From the NCBI GenBank assembly GCA_047495785.1, contig JBLDXI010000002.1:930001-994000 (forward strand): DNA of 64,000 nt, read 5' to 3'. Made by a program: the position numbers and the translations under genes. Positions 1-13,385 of this stretch are shown here, piece after piece; positions within the stretch are counted from its first letter, which is position 1; every line of letters starts with the position of its first letter. This DNA comes from Lepidodermella squamata (Eukaryota > Animalia > Gastrotricha). A model generated the notes under the pieces. It was not told the DNA's origin, did not search any database, and saw only the letters and a list, made by a program, of their open reading frames with translations.

Positions 1-164
1 GTGAGTATCCTAACTCGCCGATTTTAAAATTCACCTGAATTCCGTTTCAAAAAATTAGGATGATGTTTCTAGTTTTTTTTGAGACAGGTAACTTTTTTCT
101 GTTGAAACCTTCTGCTTTCTAAATTAGGGCCTCTTGCTACGTCGAAATTTGCCCGGTTGCGGAA

Positions 165-449
165 TCATTCAAGTAAAAACTCACGCCTGGTTGTAGTTGA
201 TCCGATTGGCCTAACGATTGATGGATCTGCGAAAAACTCAATCAACGACATCTCTGTCGTAGATGTCGTCGTAATTGTCGTTAATCGAATAGGAAACAGC
301 TGGAAAATATCTCCAGTATCATTTTTCTCCAATGAATCATCCTCCGTAAAATTTGCGACAATGACCAAGTTATCGCCTTGCTGCCCTTCCTGAGCATGAC
401 TGATGACGATGATGTTCAAAATAAGTATGTCGACAACAAGTGCTTTCAT
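165..449 (-). CDS. Possible small secreted protein (hydrophobic N-terminus, Thr-rich)
   Basis: 94-aa ORF with signal-peptide-like start MKALVVDILILNIIVISHA and Thr runs; no recognisable domain. Confidence 0.35.
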   Translation of the reverse strand: MKALVVDILILNIIVISHAQEGQQGDNLVIVANFTEDDSLEKNDTGDIFQLFPIRLTTITTTSTTEMSLIEFFADPSIVRPIGSTTTRREFLLE

Positions 450-848
450 CTTACATAAAATTCCGTTTTAATAACCGCTGTAACACGTGCGCGGTTTTTA
501 GGAGCGTGCGAATTTTTGTGACCCCCTGCTGTTAGGCGAGTATAAATACAATCTCGACCGCGCGCACATTAAGAGTTATGTTTTCATCTCACTGAACTGC
601 CTTGTTATTTTTACATTTTATTAAGGTGTCAATTGTTTCTTTTGAACAACTACCGCAAATTTTTGAAAATATAGGTCACGCGACAATGAAGTCTAAAATT
701 AGAAATTATGTCATGCGTATAACGATAAAAGCATAAGATTTCGAATTTTAATTATTATCAAATTTGAAATTTTGTATTTTAATTCAAATTAAATTTGAAC
801 GATGAAAATTCGTCTACATAAAACCGGAAACGGTATCGACCTTATTAA

Positions 849-1618
849 CCCTTTCACGGCGGGAAGGACGATTTCGGAATTTCTACTTTGAAAATTCGCA
901 GAAAATTGATTTTGATGAATTCTTGATCGCCCTTTTGAGGAATATTGCTCTTCGATGTTGGCTACAAGGTTTTGAGACCAGGACACCGTTATCTTGCATG
1001 GTCAGGACATACTAGCAATTTGAAAATAGTCAACCTGAGATTGAAATTTCGATTTTTTTCAACTTGAAATTTCATGGGGTTCTGATCATTTTTGATCCAA
1101 CAAAAAATACCACCGTATCCGCCATAGTCTCATTGACCTCTGTGTAAATTTTTTCGACTTGGAAGCTAAAATTGACGACGCTATTGAACTTCAATCAAAC
1201 CGGCCGAATTCGTCCTATCTGCCCAGACTTATACAGGCAGAGTGCGTGATTTTTGTGCTGAAAAAACCGTCGCGAGCAAAAACTGGAAAAGCTGAATTCA
1301 GATCTGAATGCTGAGCCTCTGACACTTTTTTAAACTGAATCGTTTCGGTGATATAAGTGAGGAAGAATCTTGGGGACATTCATGGGAGTAAGTTATAATC
1401 TAAAATTCCAAAACTGAAGGCACCTGACACAGAAGTTAGGGTGCTCGAAAAATCGCCTGAAATCAGCTGGGCGATTTCGGCCAGTTTTCGTACAGCCTTA
1501 ACGGTGATAGATAAAGACAAACGGATTTCAAAATCGTGATCAGGGCCTTTGAAAATCCGTAGAACTGCCGTCAAATATTTTTTCTACCGCGCAGATAAAT
1601 AATTCCGCCATGAAAGGG
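849..1618. mobile_element. piggyBac-type MITE
   Basis: TTAA|CCCTTTCACGGCGG ... CCGCCATGAAAGGG|TTAA: inverted termini with TTAA duplication (845-848, 1619-1622); no transposase ORF. Confidence 0.85.
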
Positions 1619-2596
1619 TTAAGATGCCAAATAAAACAATTATTACTATTATTATTATTAAAAATGAAATTTTTCGCATTACATTCTAATTTGAGTGCTG
1701 CATGAGACTTTGTTACTCAATATTTTCGGCCGATCTTTATGATAAGATGCTGATACCATTGGAATGCAAGTCCAGCAAGAATTTCGCGATGAAATACCGT
1801 ACATGAGACGAGAACGAGCCCCTTGACGACCGTTGCTATGTTTTAGCGTGGATTTCAATTTTAGAAATTTGCTGCCTTTGCAAGAATAAAGTCGCAAAAT
1901 ATTATCCTCCTTATAATTATCGATTTTCTATGCGATAACATTTATTTCGAAAATTGACCTGGAATTTGATTAATTTTTTCGAATATTTTTCCAATATAAT
2001 CCGAGATTTTCTGGTTTGTGGCATAGTACCGTTTACAAGAAACAGCGATATACATCCTGAAGACTGTATATATCTCTCTTAAATATCTGAGAACAAAACA
2101 ACAAAAACAATGGCTTAGCGTCGTCGAGTAAATATTGGCGCTGATGACATGACGTTTTGTCAAAAAATATCGAATAAACAAAAAGCTTTCAGTGTGCAAT
2201 AATTTAACGCAAAAATATTAATTGCTCTCAGCTGCTTTCAGCTTTCAGAATACAAGAAAAACCACCGCACCATCACCGTTACTATAAGAACTGCGTGCGA
2301 TGAGTGAGACATTTTTAAGCCACTATAAGTATACCTATGTATGTGTATTTTTGTTATTTCTTTGTCTTATATAGCCCGCGTTTGAGTCGTCGGCTTTTCT
2401 CGGCGGCTGTCATGAATCCGCGCGCGTTACACCACGCCGACTTGATTATTTACTTAATTTACATTTCAGGTACGCTTTTATCACTGCTTTTGTTCATCTG
2501 TATGCTATGCCTCATCTGGTACCAAGTCTAAAAATAAAACAGTCGCAGTTCTATCTCAAAAAATCGAATTTTTTTATTATAGGGAACTAATTAAAC

Positions 2597-5500
2597 ATGT
2601 TGCCCTTGTCGATATTTTCGGCAATTATTTTTATCCCGCAATTCGTGACCTGTTTCGGATCCGCTGGCACCGCGGGTCCCGCTGCTGGTACCGAGATTAA
2701 TTTTCAAAAATTAACCAACATCCCGCCGGCTCAACCTGTTCAGAAATTTTACCAGCCCCCGCCTGGTTTATTAAACCCGGGTTCTCAAGAGCAACAACCT
2801 GTTTACTTCGGCGGGAACCAAAATGGAGCCGGGTTCCAGCAGCCGCAGCAACAGCCACCGTTTCGGAACCGTAATTTTGCCGAGCCGGGTTATAATTCTG
2901 GGAATTTAATACGGCCTAGTTATAACAACAACCGGTGGTACCCGGGTCAGAACCAGGGTTACCAACAGCAGCAGGGTGGCTACAACGAACCCGGCGGCTA
3001 TTTCAACCGGAATTACCAGCCACCGCCGAATCGCCCGATGAAAAATTTCAACAACCCGCCGCCGCTTCAGTTGAACCCTAATTACCAACCTGGACCGCCT
3101 TTTAACCCGCAACAGTTCCAGTCGAATAATAACGCAATGATGGATCCTGCTAATTACGGCGGTTTTAGCCAGAATGTTTCCCAGAATGTTGAAAATCCTA
3201 ATAATTTCGGCGTTGGCGGTGAGTTGTTGAACAAACCGGCTGTTTTGGAGGCGCCACAACTCGGCGGTGGTCTGCGATTGGTCCGGTGCAGTGGGCAGAC
3301 TTTTGTGACGTCGGATGAGGAAGCGTCGCAAATTGCGTGTTGCGGCGCGCAGGCGTACAATTTTAGACGGGTCACGTGCTCGAATGGGCGCGTTGTTATG
3401 CCTGAGACCGGTGAAGGTGGGGAGGAACACAATTCGACGCAGCCTGCAGAGGTGGCGATGACTACTCCGGTGACTACGACCACAACTCCGATTCCTACCA
3501 CGACTACCACCAGTAAAATCCTTTTTCAAGATTTTGTTCATAAATTCGGGGAAAATTAGGTCAGGCATTGGGATCCTGAATCAATCTTAAGGCAGCTTTT
3601 TTCTCTCTAAATTTTAGATACGCAGATTTCTAGCTTATCAACCTAAAAATGCCTCTCTAAAACTACGACAAATTGAGAAATCGAGGAATTTTGGCCAAAT
3701 TAATGCCAGAAAAAAGTCTGGATAATTCAAAGTTATTGCTAAATCTATTTCGAAACATCATTCCACCTAGTTAGGGTTATTCCTATCCATAATGAAAGTT
3801 TTTCAAATTTTGGGAATTTTCTGAAATTTAGGAAAATAAATTTGAGGTAAACTGGTACCCTAAGATTTAAGGTTCAATTGGGAAAGCTCGGAAACTGAAA
3901 AATCCTCATTTCTAGGGAGTTTTTGGGGCCGAAATTCTTAATTTAGGGGCCCTCTATTATAAAAAATTTCATCTGCGAATAAAATGTTTTGAAAAACATT
4001 ATTTTAAATTTTAAATTTTAAAAATTTCACTGCTAAATTTTCTTACAAACGAGGAATTTTCTTCATTACTAATATGTATTGATTCCGGCCTTTCAACGCC
4101 AATTTTTCTCACTCCATTTTCATATTTTTAGCCGAATTACCAACGACAACTACTGAAGCTACAACCACCGCTTCGTTATCGACAGCAGCTTTCAAAATGC
4201 CGCCAGCCGAAGAAATTTTAAACTGGCTAATAAGTTCATCAATGCAAGCAACGCCCGGCGAGGGCAGCAACTACCTTCAAACGTTAATTCAGTACCGAAA
4301 CATGCTACAACAAGGAAACCGGCAGCAAAGCTCTACGACACAATCTACAACCACAACTACAACAACGGCTCAGCCTGTGCCGCCGCAGCATCATCAAAAT
4401 TTCTCTCCAGATCAATTTTTATCTCAGTCCTGGCTTCAACAACAGTCGAGCCTGCCGTTTCAGCAACCTAGGCCGATTAACTTGGAAACGAGAAGAGCTC
4501 CTCCGGTTTACGACCCTTCGAAACATAGCGGCCATTCCCATAATGTGCCTCAGGAATTTTTCCCCAACCAAAATCAATCTCCTCAAGGATTCCAGCCGCC
4601 TCAGGGATACCAACAAAGACCTCAAATTTACGAAGATCCGCAGCAAAATTACCAACAACAACAGTACCAGCCTGAATACGGCCCGGTTCCATTTCGGAAC
4701 CAGCAGCAGTTCCAGCCAAGGTTCCAAGCCCCTGAAAATTATGCGGCTAATCGGTATCAACAGTTCCAACAACAGCAAGATCAACCCGGACCTAACTACC
4801 CGAATCCGGCCTTTGTCCTACCCGGTCCTGGACCTTTACCAGCTTTCACCCCGAACCAGGCCTATGATTTTCGGCGGCCTGAATTCTCATTTCCGAACCA
4901 AAACCGGCCTCAATTAGCTTCGAGATTAGGCCCTAAAGGCCCTACGTTGTTCCCTCAACCTCCTAAACAGCCCAACACGATATTGGTACCAACTTGGAAC
5001 CCGAATTTACCCGACACGCCGCCGCATGTCTTGCCACAGTCGAATTACGAACTATCTCCGTTGAAAGCCGGCGAACCTTCGATCTCGAACGGCCAATTTC
5101 ATTTGACTCCGTTGGAGAACCAAACTGGTTCCGAGTCGCAGAGACCACCGAAAGCTAACCTAACACCTGTCAATCAAATGCCATCCGTCGATATTAGGGT
5201 GAATGGTGCCGTAGCTAGGTCTAGCAGCAGCCAGCAGCTCATGTCGAACTGGCAAGATGGCGATGAAGTGGCTAAATCTAGGTCAAATAATAACCATCAA
5301 AAGCAGGAAACATCAGGTGCCTATATGTTTAAATGTTCAAGCCGGACTTGGCAGACTAAGGAAACTGGTGATCATTACGTTTGCTGTGGTGAAACTTTGA
5401 TTGATACCCGGCATATGGCTTGCGGTGGCCAGAATTCTCAGCCGCTTTTTGTCACATTCGTGCCGGCGGCGAATTTTGAAGATCCGACGGGCATGGGAAT

Positions 5501-6348
5501 GGTTGAAATCAATGTAGAGGTTGAAAATGATAACAGCTCAAAGCCGGCTAATGAAAATAATCAGGTAAATTATTAAATTTTCCAGACTCAAATAGGTTTC
5601 GAAAAGTTTAATTAAAACTGGTTATTTTTCGAATTTTTAAATTTCAAATTTAATTAAATTTTCTAATATTTTGAAACACATTTTTCAATTTTTAAATTGT
5701 TCTATGAATATTTCATGATTTTTTTTCATTTTTTCAAGCATTTACCACCTCATCGGCAGTTGCAAAAAATTACGAGCGAAAATTCTGAGAATTCTGCGAC
5801 CGATAATTTGGGCAATAATCAACAAATTTCAGTGCTACAACCTCTGATTTCGACGTCGGACAAAAACTTGGACGACGTTGTCGCGCCTTTTCTCACGTTA
5901 CCGAAAACGAATTTCAAGCGGCCTCAGAGTATAAACCGATTTATCCGACCGAGAAATTCCGCTAGATCTAGTACGAGTACTCGGGGCGAGAAAGTTCGAA
6001 GTGAAGAAGAGGAGGAAAATAACGGTAAGGTGAAATGCGGAAATCGGCAGCCGGTCTTCTACAGCCCGGCTAATCAATTCTGCTGCGGTGAATTCGTCTA
6101 CGATACGGCTCCTGGACAAACGTTAATTCCTTTTAATCAATTAAGATCAGTTATTTCATTTTTTTGCATATTTTAAGGTGCTGTGATGGAACTTATGGAT
6201 ACTCAACGAATGGACAGTTAGGATGCTGCGGGCAGCTCCCATACAATTTGAACACCCATGTGAGATCTTAATTATTATTTCTTGATTTTTATTAATGCAA
6301 TTAATCTTTTAGATTTGCGCGAACGACGAGGTCATGGCAAAATACTGA
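2597..6348 (+). CDS. Secreted Q/P/N-rich protein with galaxin-like di-cysteine repeats (multi-exon)
   Basis: Signal peptide; ORFs 2597-3559, 4197-5576 and 5697-6176 plus short 3' exons (CCDGTYGY..GCCGQLPY, ICANDEVMAKY* ending 6348); recurring C..CCG..Y..C motifs; internal exon borders approximate. Confidence 0.7.
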
Positions 6349-8092
6349 TCACTAATCTCGAACAAATTTTAGTCCTTTGATCATGCCGATTAATTTCAAA
6401 AATCGGGATGATTTCAATTTCTGTTTGTATCTCGCAAAAAATATGTATGCGCATACCTTGCTCAAAATTTTTATGACTCGAATATAGCGGGTGAAAAAAT
6501 ATATACTTGGAATCAAAATGGAGCGAAATCAATAAAACACAAATTTTGGAATTTATTCATTTCAAAAATTCATCAGTGGGTATCGTAACTTGGGAAAATG
6601 TGTACTATTCATTGCTTAAAAATCAGCCAATGCTCAGTTAATTCCAGAATTCGAACCAACTGTGGGCAATGTGATCCCTGATTTTTTGGCAAATTTTGAG
6701 AATTTTTCTACTTTTAACTGATTTTTGATAATTTACAAGGTAATTTACCAAAATTCGCTAACCTTGGAAATTTGGGCTCAATTTTGGATGCTCATTTGCA
6801 TATGCAGTGCCGGATTTTTTGTTTTTCTTCGGATTTTAGAAGGAGAAATGTTGAAGAGATACCCATGTCGAGAATTTCATTCAAAACTTTTTCTGATCAT
6901 TACGAAGATCTTAGTTGTCCTTAATACTGAAAATCAATTTTTCATCCAATCACATTGATTTTTATGCATAATTCAGTGTGAGTTTGAACATTTAATCACC
7001 TACATTTTCCGAAGTTACCCTGTCCACACTAACCAGGTGCTATCCATGGTATATCTATAATTGAGGGCCATTTGCAAGGCGGGAGACATGTCGCGTGTTT
7101 ACACCTAAATTTCAAGCCAATTTACTCGCGAGCGGGCGCGCGCGGTGCTGTGTTTAGATTTTGATGTTGTTGTAACTTTGAGCCCGCAGGTGCCGCCTTA
7201 AACTCACACGCGCGACACACACTCGCTTACTTATATTTGCCAACTAATCAGCCAGCTATTCTGCGGCGGGAAATGGCCGTCAAAGCGCGTTATTTCAAGT
7301 AGCACCTATTTGTCTAACAAGAGTGGAGCCGGATGTAATTTATTTGTTTATTATTAGAAGCAATCGGCCCTTACAATGAGATGATGATCATATTGTAGGT
7401 CGCGGCGTCGTTTAATCTATAATAGGTGTCGCCGCACGCTTGTGCCACTTGTCTTTGAATTATTAAAGCCGCGTTATTTGGGTCATGCGTGTTCGCAAAC
7501 ACGGGCCAATTATCGTGTTAAACAATTACGCGGGGAAAAAAGACTGTGCGTAAAATTTCAAATATTTTATTAATATTTTTAAATCAAATCAAACTGTATC
7601 ATATTATTGTTCACATTATACACAACCAGAGTCATTAAAAAATTGAGTGAAAAAAGCACTGTATAAATTTGCATATTCAAATGAGGCGAGTGAAAAATTG
7701 ATTTGCGGCAATAATTGATCATCATCAGCAGCATCAGAAATAAGTGAGCGCGAGAAATCGACAACAAAAAATGAAGGCTTAAATTCAACAAATATTAATC
7801 GGAGTCAACAACTATGAAATGGTACATGGGCCTAGGGCAATTATCAACGAGAACAATAAGTTGACAACGATGAAACGAAAAACGAGCGGCCTTAAAACGA
7901 AAAACACAACAATTTGCTGTTGCAGTATTTTCAGAGTCGTTATTATACTCAAATATTGAGTAAAGAAATCGGAATAAATTGGCGGTGTAAAAATTGGTGT
8001 ATAATATTTTTCGATTATTATTGTTTTACAAGATAATAATAATAATAATAAATTTTTGAATATAAAAAATTGATAATAAATGTAAATAAATT

Positions 8093-9721
8093 TCAAATCG
8101 GCGTCGCGAAGATCTGTTGCTGGTGGTTGGTGTTCGATACTGAAGTCGAGGGTGAAACGGGCGAGGTGCCGTTCTCCCAGCCGTCCGATCGTTCGTGTAA
8201 CGAGGCCAACGAGGCGGACGAGGCCGTCGAAGCGCTGTCGTGTAAATGCGCAGCGTTTTGGCGGCGCGTTGGCGTTTGCGAACCAGCCTGGTTTTGGACA
8301 CCTTGCGACTGAGCTTGCTGCATCTGCCCGTTTTGCATTTGTTGTTGCTGATGATGATTATGAGCCGATGGCAGTTGATTTTGGCCCGGCATCAGGCCAT
8401 TGGCGAGCATGTTCGGGGCGGAGAAAACTTTCGAAATGGCCTGGGAGAAAATAGCCTGCTCCTTCTTGGCCTTAACGCGGCGGTTTTGGAACCAGATTTT
8501 GACCTGTTTCTCGGACAATCTGCAAAAATAAAAAAAATTAATTACAAATTGTTCGTTAAATCTGAAAAATTGGAAATTCTTTTTAAAATAAATTCAATTT
8601 TCTTTCAAAATTTCAAATTTCAATTTCAATTTCAAAAATTTAGAAAATTCAAAAATTCAAAAATTCAAGATATTTCGATTTTTTTTCATCATTTCTAATT
8701 ATTTTTTCTCTTTTAAGCTTACTTGAGGGCAGTCGCGATTTCAATGCGGCGAAGGCGCGACAGATAAGAATTGCGAGCGAATTCGCGCTCGAGGCATAGG
8801 AGTTGCTTGGCGGTGAACGAAGTTCGAGCTCGCCGGCCGTTGTTGTCATTGGCATCATCGTTGCAGTCATCAATGTCGCAACAGGAAGGCGACAGCGATC
8901 CAGCCGCGTCAATGTTATCATGGCTGGACGAGCCGGAGCGCGAACTTGCTGCTGTTGACTGATGATCTCCTGCTGTAATAAAAACAACAATTAGTTATTA
9001 GTCAAAACAAGCACTTGAGATGGTGTCTCTCACTTACCGTCAACAAGTGGCAACAAGTCGAAGGTTGCGCGTGTTTGTTCAGATGACGTGGTGCGCGACC
9101 TCTTGGCAACGGGCGGAGCATCATCTTCCGCCGCGGCAACCGTAGCCTCCGACTTGCGCGATTTCGCCGGCGCATTTGTCGCAGCGCCATTGACGGCAGA
9201 AGCGAGCAGGTTCGAAAACTGGGTCACATTCTCGACGGGTGAGCACGGCGATGGGAAAAAGTTGTAAGCCGGTTGTTGCGCGACTTGGCTTTGGAACTGC
9301 TGAGCAGCGGCCGAAAAATCAATGGCAAACTGGCCGTTCGACCCCATTTTCCACGGCGCAGTAAAAGCGCTCTGTTGAATTTCTGAAAAAATTCGAAAAA
9401 AATGTAAAAAAATCCACCTTAATAAAAATTTGCGCACTAACCTTGTTGTTGCTGTTGTAGAACGAGCTGTTGGCGGCGCAAAAGCGCAGTGAGCAGGAAA
9501 TTCGAAAGCGGGGTCGAAGTTGAGGGCGGGGTGATGGGCCATTGGGCACCCTGTGCGGCCTGATTTTCCGGCGGCGTGACGTTGTTGCTCGAAACCGGCC
9601 AAGCGTAACTGCCAGGTAGCGGCTGTAACATCGGCGGGACTTGCGGCGTCGAGTCGGTCGAGTGGTCACCCTGCACTGATACCGGGTTGCCGAGCAGAGA
9701 AGCAATCGAAAATGACTTCAT
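8093..9721 (-). CDS. Gsx: ParaHox homeobox protein Gsx/ind (4 exons: 9721-9442, 9382-9038, ~8969-8723, 8519-8093)
   Basis: Spliced homeodomain [58 protein letters not shown] has the Gsx-diagnostic [11 protein letters not shown] and RRVK; N-terminal eh1-like [10 protein letters not shown]; GT-AG introns in consistent phase. Confidence 0.88.
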
Positions 9722-11234
9722 GTTGATGATTGATATCGAACACAACAATCGAGTTTTAAAGTGTCTAATAAGATGGGAAAAGTGACAAGTGAGCGAGGCG
9801 GTGATGATAGGAGCGGCACGAGGCTGAATTTTCAAGATCATTATGTCACCCGCCGGCGCCGGTCGCGCCGGAAAAGGGTGCGCAAATAGATAGTAGAATG
9901 AATAAATAAATAAATAACTAGCGCCAATAATCGTTGTTACATTCTTGAGTTATTGTGTTGTTCGCCTGTGTGTCTGTTTACCTCTAGACACTTGCAAAGT
10001 GATAGCAAACATCGAATTATCGCGAATTATGGCAATAAATAATAACAACAATAGCCGTCGCGTTGAACAGAAGGCCAATTGACAGCTAAATTGATAGGGT
10101 GACAACAAAATGTTGCTGTGCCTTTTCGATGTCTACGGCTGATTTTTGCTTATAAATGGGTGGAAAGGCCCAGGCGCCGCGCGCGACAGATTGGTATCAT
10201 CACCCGTGTTTGACGCCAAAAGGTGCGCGCGCCGGATCAACCGAGCGGATAATTATAGGCGCCCTACGCGCGCGCGCCCACTGGGTGATTTTTTGCATGC
10301 TGGGTGTTCGCGCACAATGCGCGTCCGCTTCCTCGCTGTGAGCGTGAACACCTTGCCGAAATTTTATCTACACTGCGACTACTAGGTGTAATTAGTCGCG
10401 ATTGGGCAGATGTGTTCGAAGTCGTCGGCTAATACCTGGCAATAATGCGTTCGAGCCTCGCAGGCATATCAATCCACCTTAACGCAAAATCGACGCGGCA
10501 CCGCGCGTTTATTCTCACTTTTAAACTTTATTAGGCCGCGCGCGAGATGCGCCTCAAGGCATGCCGTTTGACAAATTAATTAGCCGTAGTGCGTTGTAAA
10601 AAGGGAAACGCGGCCGCGCGCTGCCTTTAATTGCCGGGTTTTTGCGCGCACACGCTCCATTAAGCCAAATTAGGTCACCGAGCGCACGCTCGCGCACCTC
10701 TCGCGCGTTCGAAATCTAAAGATAACATCAAAATTTGTCGCGGGTTAATAATAAATTATTACTGGGTAGGTATTTTAAAATTAGGAAATTCTACCCGCCT
10801 TAACAGCCGCCTGCTAATCCTGAACTATATATCGCAAAGTTCACCCAAATATTGTTGTTAATTTTAGAAGTGAGATCTGACGAGGGCGAGATGTAGCCAT
10901 AACCAACATCAGAGCATCAGTTGTTATTTAGAACAGATGTGATGAAAAGCAAAGTCTGGTTTTATTGACAACCTGTTTCACAACAGAAAGATACAGGTGC
11001 CACAATGAAAAATGATTAAAAAATTTCAGAAAATTCATTCATTTTCGTATATTTTGTAGCTTTTGCTGATCGGGAAAAGTTCGTCGACAGATCCAACAAT
11101 CTTGATGAATGGCGAATTTTTTTCCACTAATTTTTGCCAACCAGCATAGATAGCTGATCGCTTTCTGCAGTCCTTTATTTCACTGTCGAGTAAATTCAGA
11201 AAATTCAGTAAAAATAAAATAAAAATGAACTGTT

Positions 11235-11588
11235 TTACCACGAGTGGACATCAAGTACAACCGAACACTGTTTCTTCGGCCAAATTCGTTTATACCTCAG
11301 CAGCGCATCGAAACAGCGGCAGAGCGTGCAGTCATCCGTGGCCGTGAAATACAGGCATTCCCGACAACACATCCAATTCAGACAGCCGTGCTCTTTTTCA
11401 ATACATTTTGCTAGAATTTCTGTTGATAAATCCTCGTCCGAGTGTACAATATTGAAAATTTCATCCAACAGGTAAAACTTGGGATCGGGAGGTTGGGATG
11501 TAGTCAGATATGAGTTTAATTCCACGGCTTTGGATTCAGGCACCATAGAGGAGGCATTCGCGAGAGCAATAATAGCAAATAAGCTCAT
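11235..11588 (-). CDS. Small secreted cysteine-rich protein
   Basis: Signal peptide followed by a Cys cluster (LSTEILAKC...CC..C...C..C.C); may continue in a downstream exon. Confidence 0.6.
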   Translation of the reverse strand: MSLFAIIALANASSMVPESKAVELNSYLTTSQPPDPKFYLLDEIFNIVHSDEDLSTEILAKCIEKEHGCLNWMCCRECLYFTATDDCTLCRCFDALLRYKRIWPKKQCSVVLDVHSW

Positions 11589-12102
11589 TTTGTAGTCACC
11601 TTGCTATAATTTTTTCTCAAATGAGCAAAAATGGGTCAATCAGAATTTTCTCTACCTCGATTTTTTTCCAGATATCGATATAATCAAGACTGACTGGTAC
11701 GCGTTTAATTGGCAATTTATAATTTATTGGTTGGGATGCGAGAAATTAATTTAATAAACTGGAAAATATGATTAAAAGCTGGAATAATTTTATTGGCATT
11801 TTATTTTGTTGAAATAAATTAGTTTATTTATTCAATCGAAATTATGGCGAAATTAATTGCCGTATTGTCTTTGTAGTTCTTCCCAAACTTTTGAGAGAAG
11901 GCTTGCCGTAGCACTGCCGCCCATAATGTCCCCAAAGGTCGCGTTATGAGCTCGCAATCGAAGCAATCGAACAAATGAGGCCGACCGAAATTGACAGGTG
12001 TGATTGAAGCTAAAATTGGAAAAATATAAAAAAATTATAATAATAAATCAGGAAGTATTGAAAAATCTTTTTCGAGACATTTAAAAGAATGTTAAGATTT
12101 TA

Positions 12103-12387
12103 TTACTTTTCTCTTAGCCGGCAATCTGGCCCCAAGGGTGACTGTAGGCATTGCACTTGGCACTCGGAGCAGCTTTTGCCTTTTGATTGGCAGCAAGTTC
12201 GATCATGGCAGCACATTTTAGCGACACATTTCGCGTAAACCCTCGTCGAAAGCGTCCATTTCAGGTCGACGCCGTTGAACAGACCATCGATTTCGGGGTC
12301 AAGTTTAGCCGATATCAAATTTTCAGCTACAAAACATAACAAAACCCCAATAATTACGAGAAAAATAAAATTAGAAACCGCAGCCAT
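12103..12387 (-). CDS. Small secreted cysteine-rich protein (likely paralog of 11235-11588; first exon)
   Basis: Signal peptide, LSTRVYAKC..MCC...CC...C..C...C; probable second exon near 11860-12010. Confidence 0.6.
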   Translation of the reverse strand: MAAVSNFIFLVIIGVLLCFVAENLISAKLDPEIDGLFNGVDLKWTLSTRVYAKCVAKMCCHDRTCCQSKGKSCSECQVQCLQSPLGPDCRLREK

Positions 12388-12617
12388 TGCTTATTATTGT
12401 GAAAGGCTGGTATAGTTCGCAGGTCTTTTTTATACTCGAGTTTTTTCGGTTCCGCTACTTTGCCCTGCCAAATTAATTGGCTTCACGGGTAATGACCTTC
12501 AACCCACACAGCTCGCCACACCTGGATAGGTAAATTGGCTGGATGCGGTTGAAAAATATTCAGCGAAAAGCCGCATATGGAGCTCCAGGTCAAAATTAGG
12601 GTTAATAAAATTGATAA

Positions 12618-13385
12618 TTAATCATAGAATTTATTTTGAACTGCGTCGTATTTTACATCAAGAAATTCAGGTAGGAATAATTTCGAATCTTTTGCCAATT
12701 TTTCAATGTGAGGCCACAGTAATTCGGCCAACATTCGCGATCCATCAACGGCTAGGTGTAGACCATCAGTGAAAAATTGTATCGAATTTTCACCGGCTTT
12801 TTCGTCCATTCCCCGAGATGCTCCAGCAGTTACAGCCTCAGCGTGAAAATCGATAAAATTTGCGCCGATTTGTTTCGAAGCTCTCTCAGCAGCTCTAGCG
12901 TATAATTCCACCTGTTCATTCGATCGGTCCCCTGCCGTTGCGAAACCCTTCGAAACAGCATAGTCGAACCAAGCTTTTTCGTCAACAGGCGGTGGGGAGA
13001 CCACAAAAATTTGGCCGGGGGTTAAATAATCGAAATTCGCCAAAATCTCTCGGCAAATATCGGCCAAGAATCGCTCGAATTCATCCAATGGGACATGCTG
13101 AAATGCGTTTTTCTCCCTATTAGCCGCGTCATTTGCGCCGAGAAAAATGACAACACCAGCGATTTTGTGGTAGCTTTTCAGTGATTCGATGATTGATGGT
13201 AGGTAGTGGTGGATGAAACGCGTTGTGTAGCCGGAAAAGCCGCGGTTAACGACCTCGCAACGGCGTTGTAGTCGGTCGGCGAGAATTGAAGCCCAGCCGC
13301 CGTCTTGCGACCACGATAATTGGGTCAATGAGTCGCCGAGCAAAACCAGCGTCGGCATAGGCTCTTTCGTATGTTTCTCACTCAT
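12618..13385 (-). CDS. IAH1: SGNH/GDSL hydrolase, isoamyl acetate-hydrolysing esterase 1-like
   Basis: GDSLT, NRGFSGYTT, GAND and DGLH catalytic blocks; intronless 255 aa. Confidence 0.88.
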   Translation of the reverse strand: MSEKHTKEPMPTLVLLGDSLTQLSWSQDGGWASILADRLQRRCEVVNRGFSGYTTRFIHHYLPSIIESLKSYHKIAGVVIFLGANDAANREKNAFQHVPLDEFERFLADICREILANFDYLTPGQIFVVSPPPVDEKAWFDYAVSKGFATAGDRSNEQVELYARAAERASKQIGANFIDFHAEAVTAGASRGMDEKAGENSIQFFTDGLHLAVDGSRMLAELLWPHIEKLAKDSKLFLPEFLDVKYDAVQNKFYD

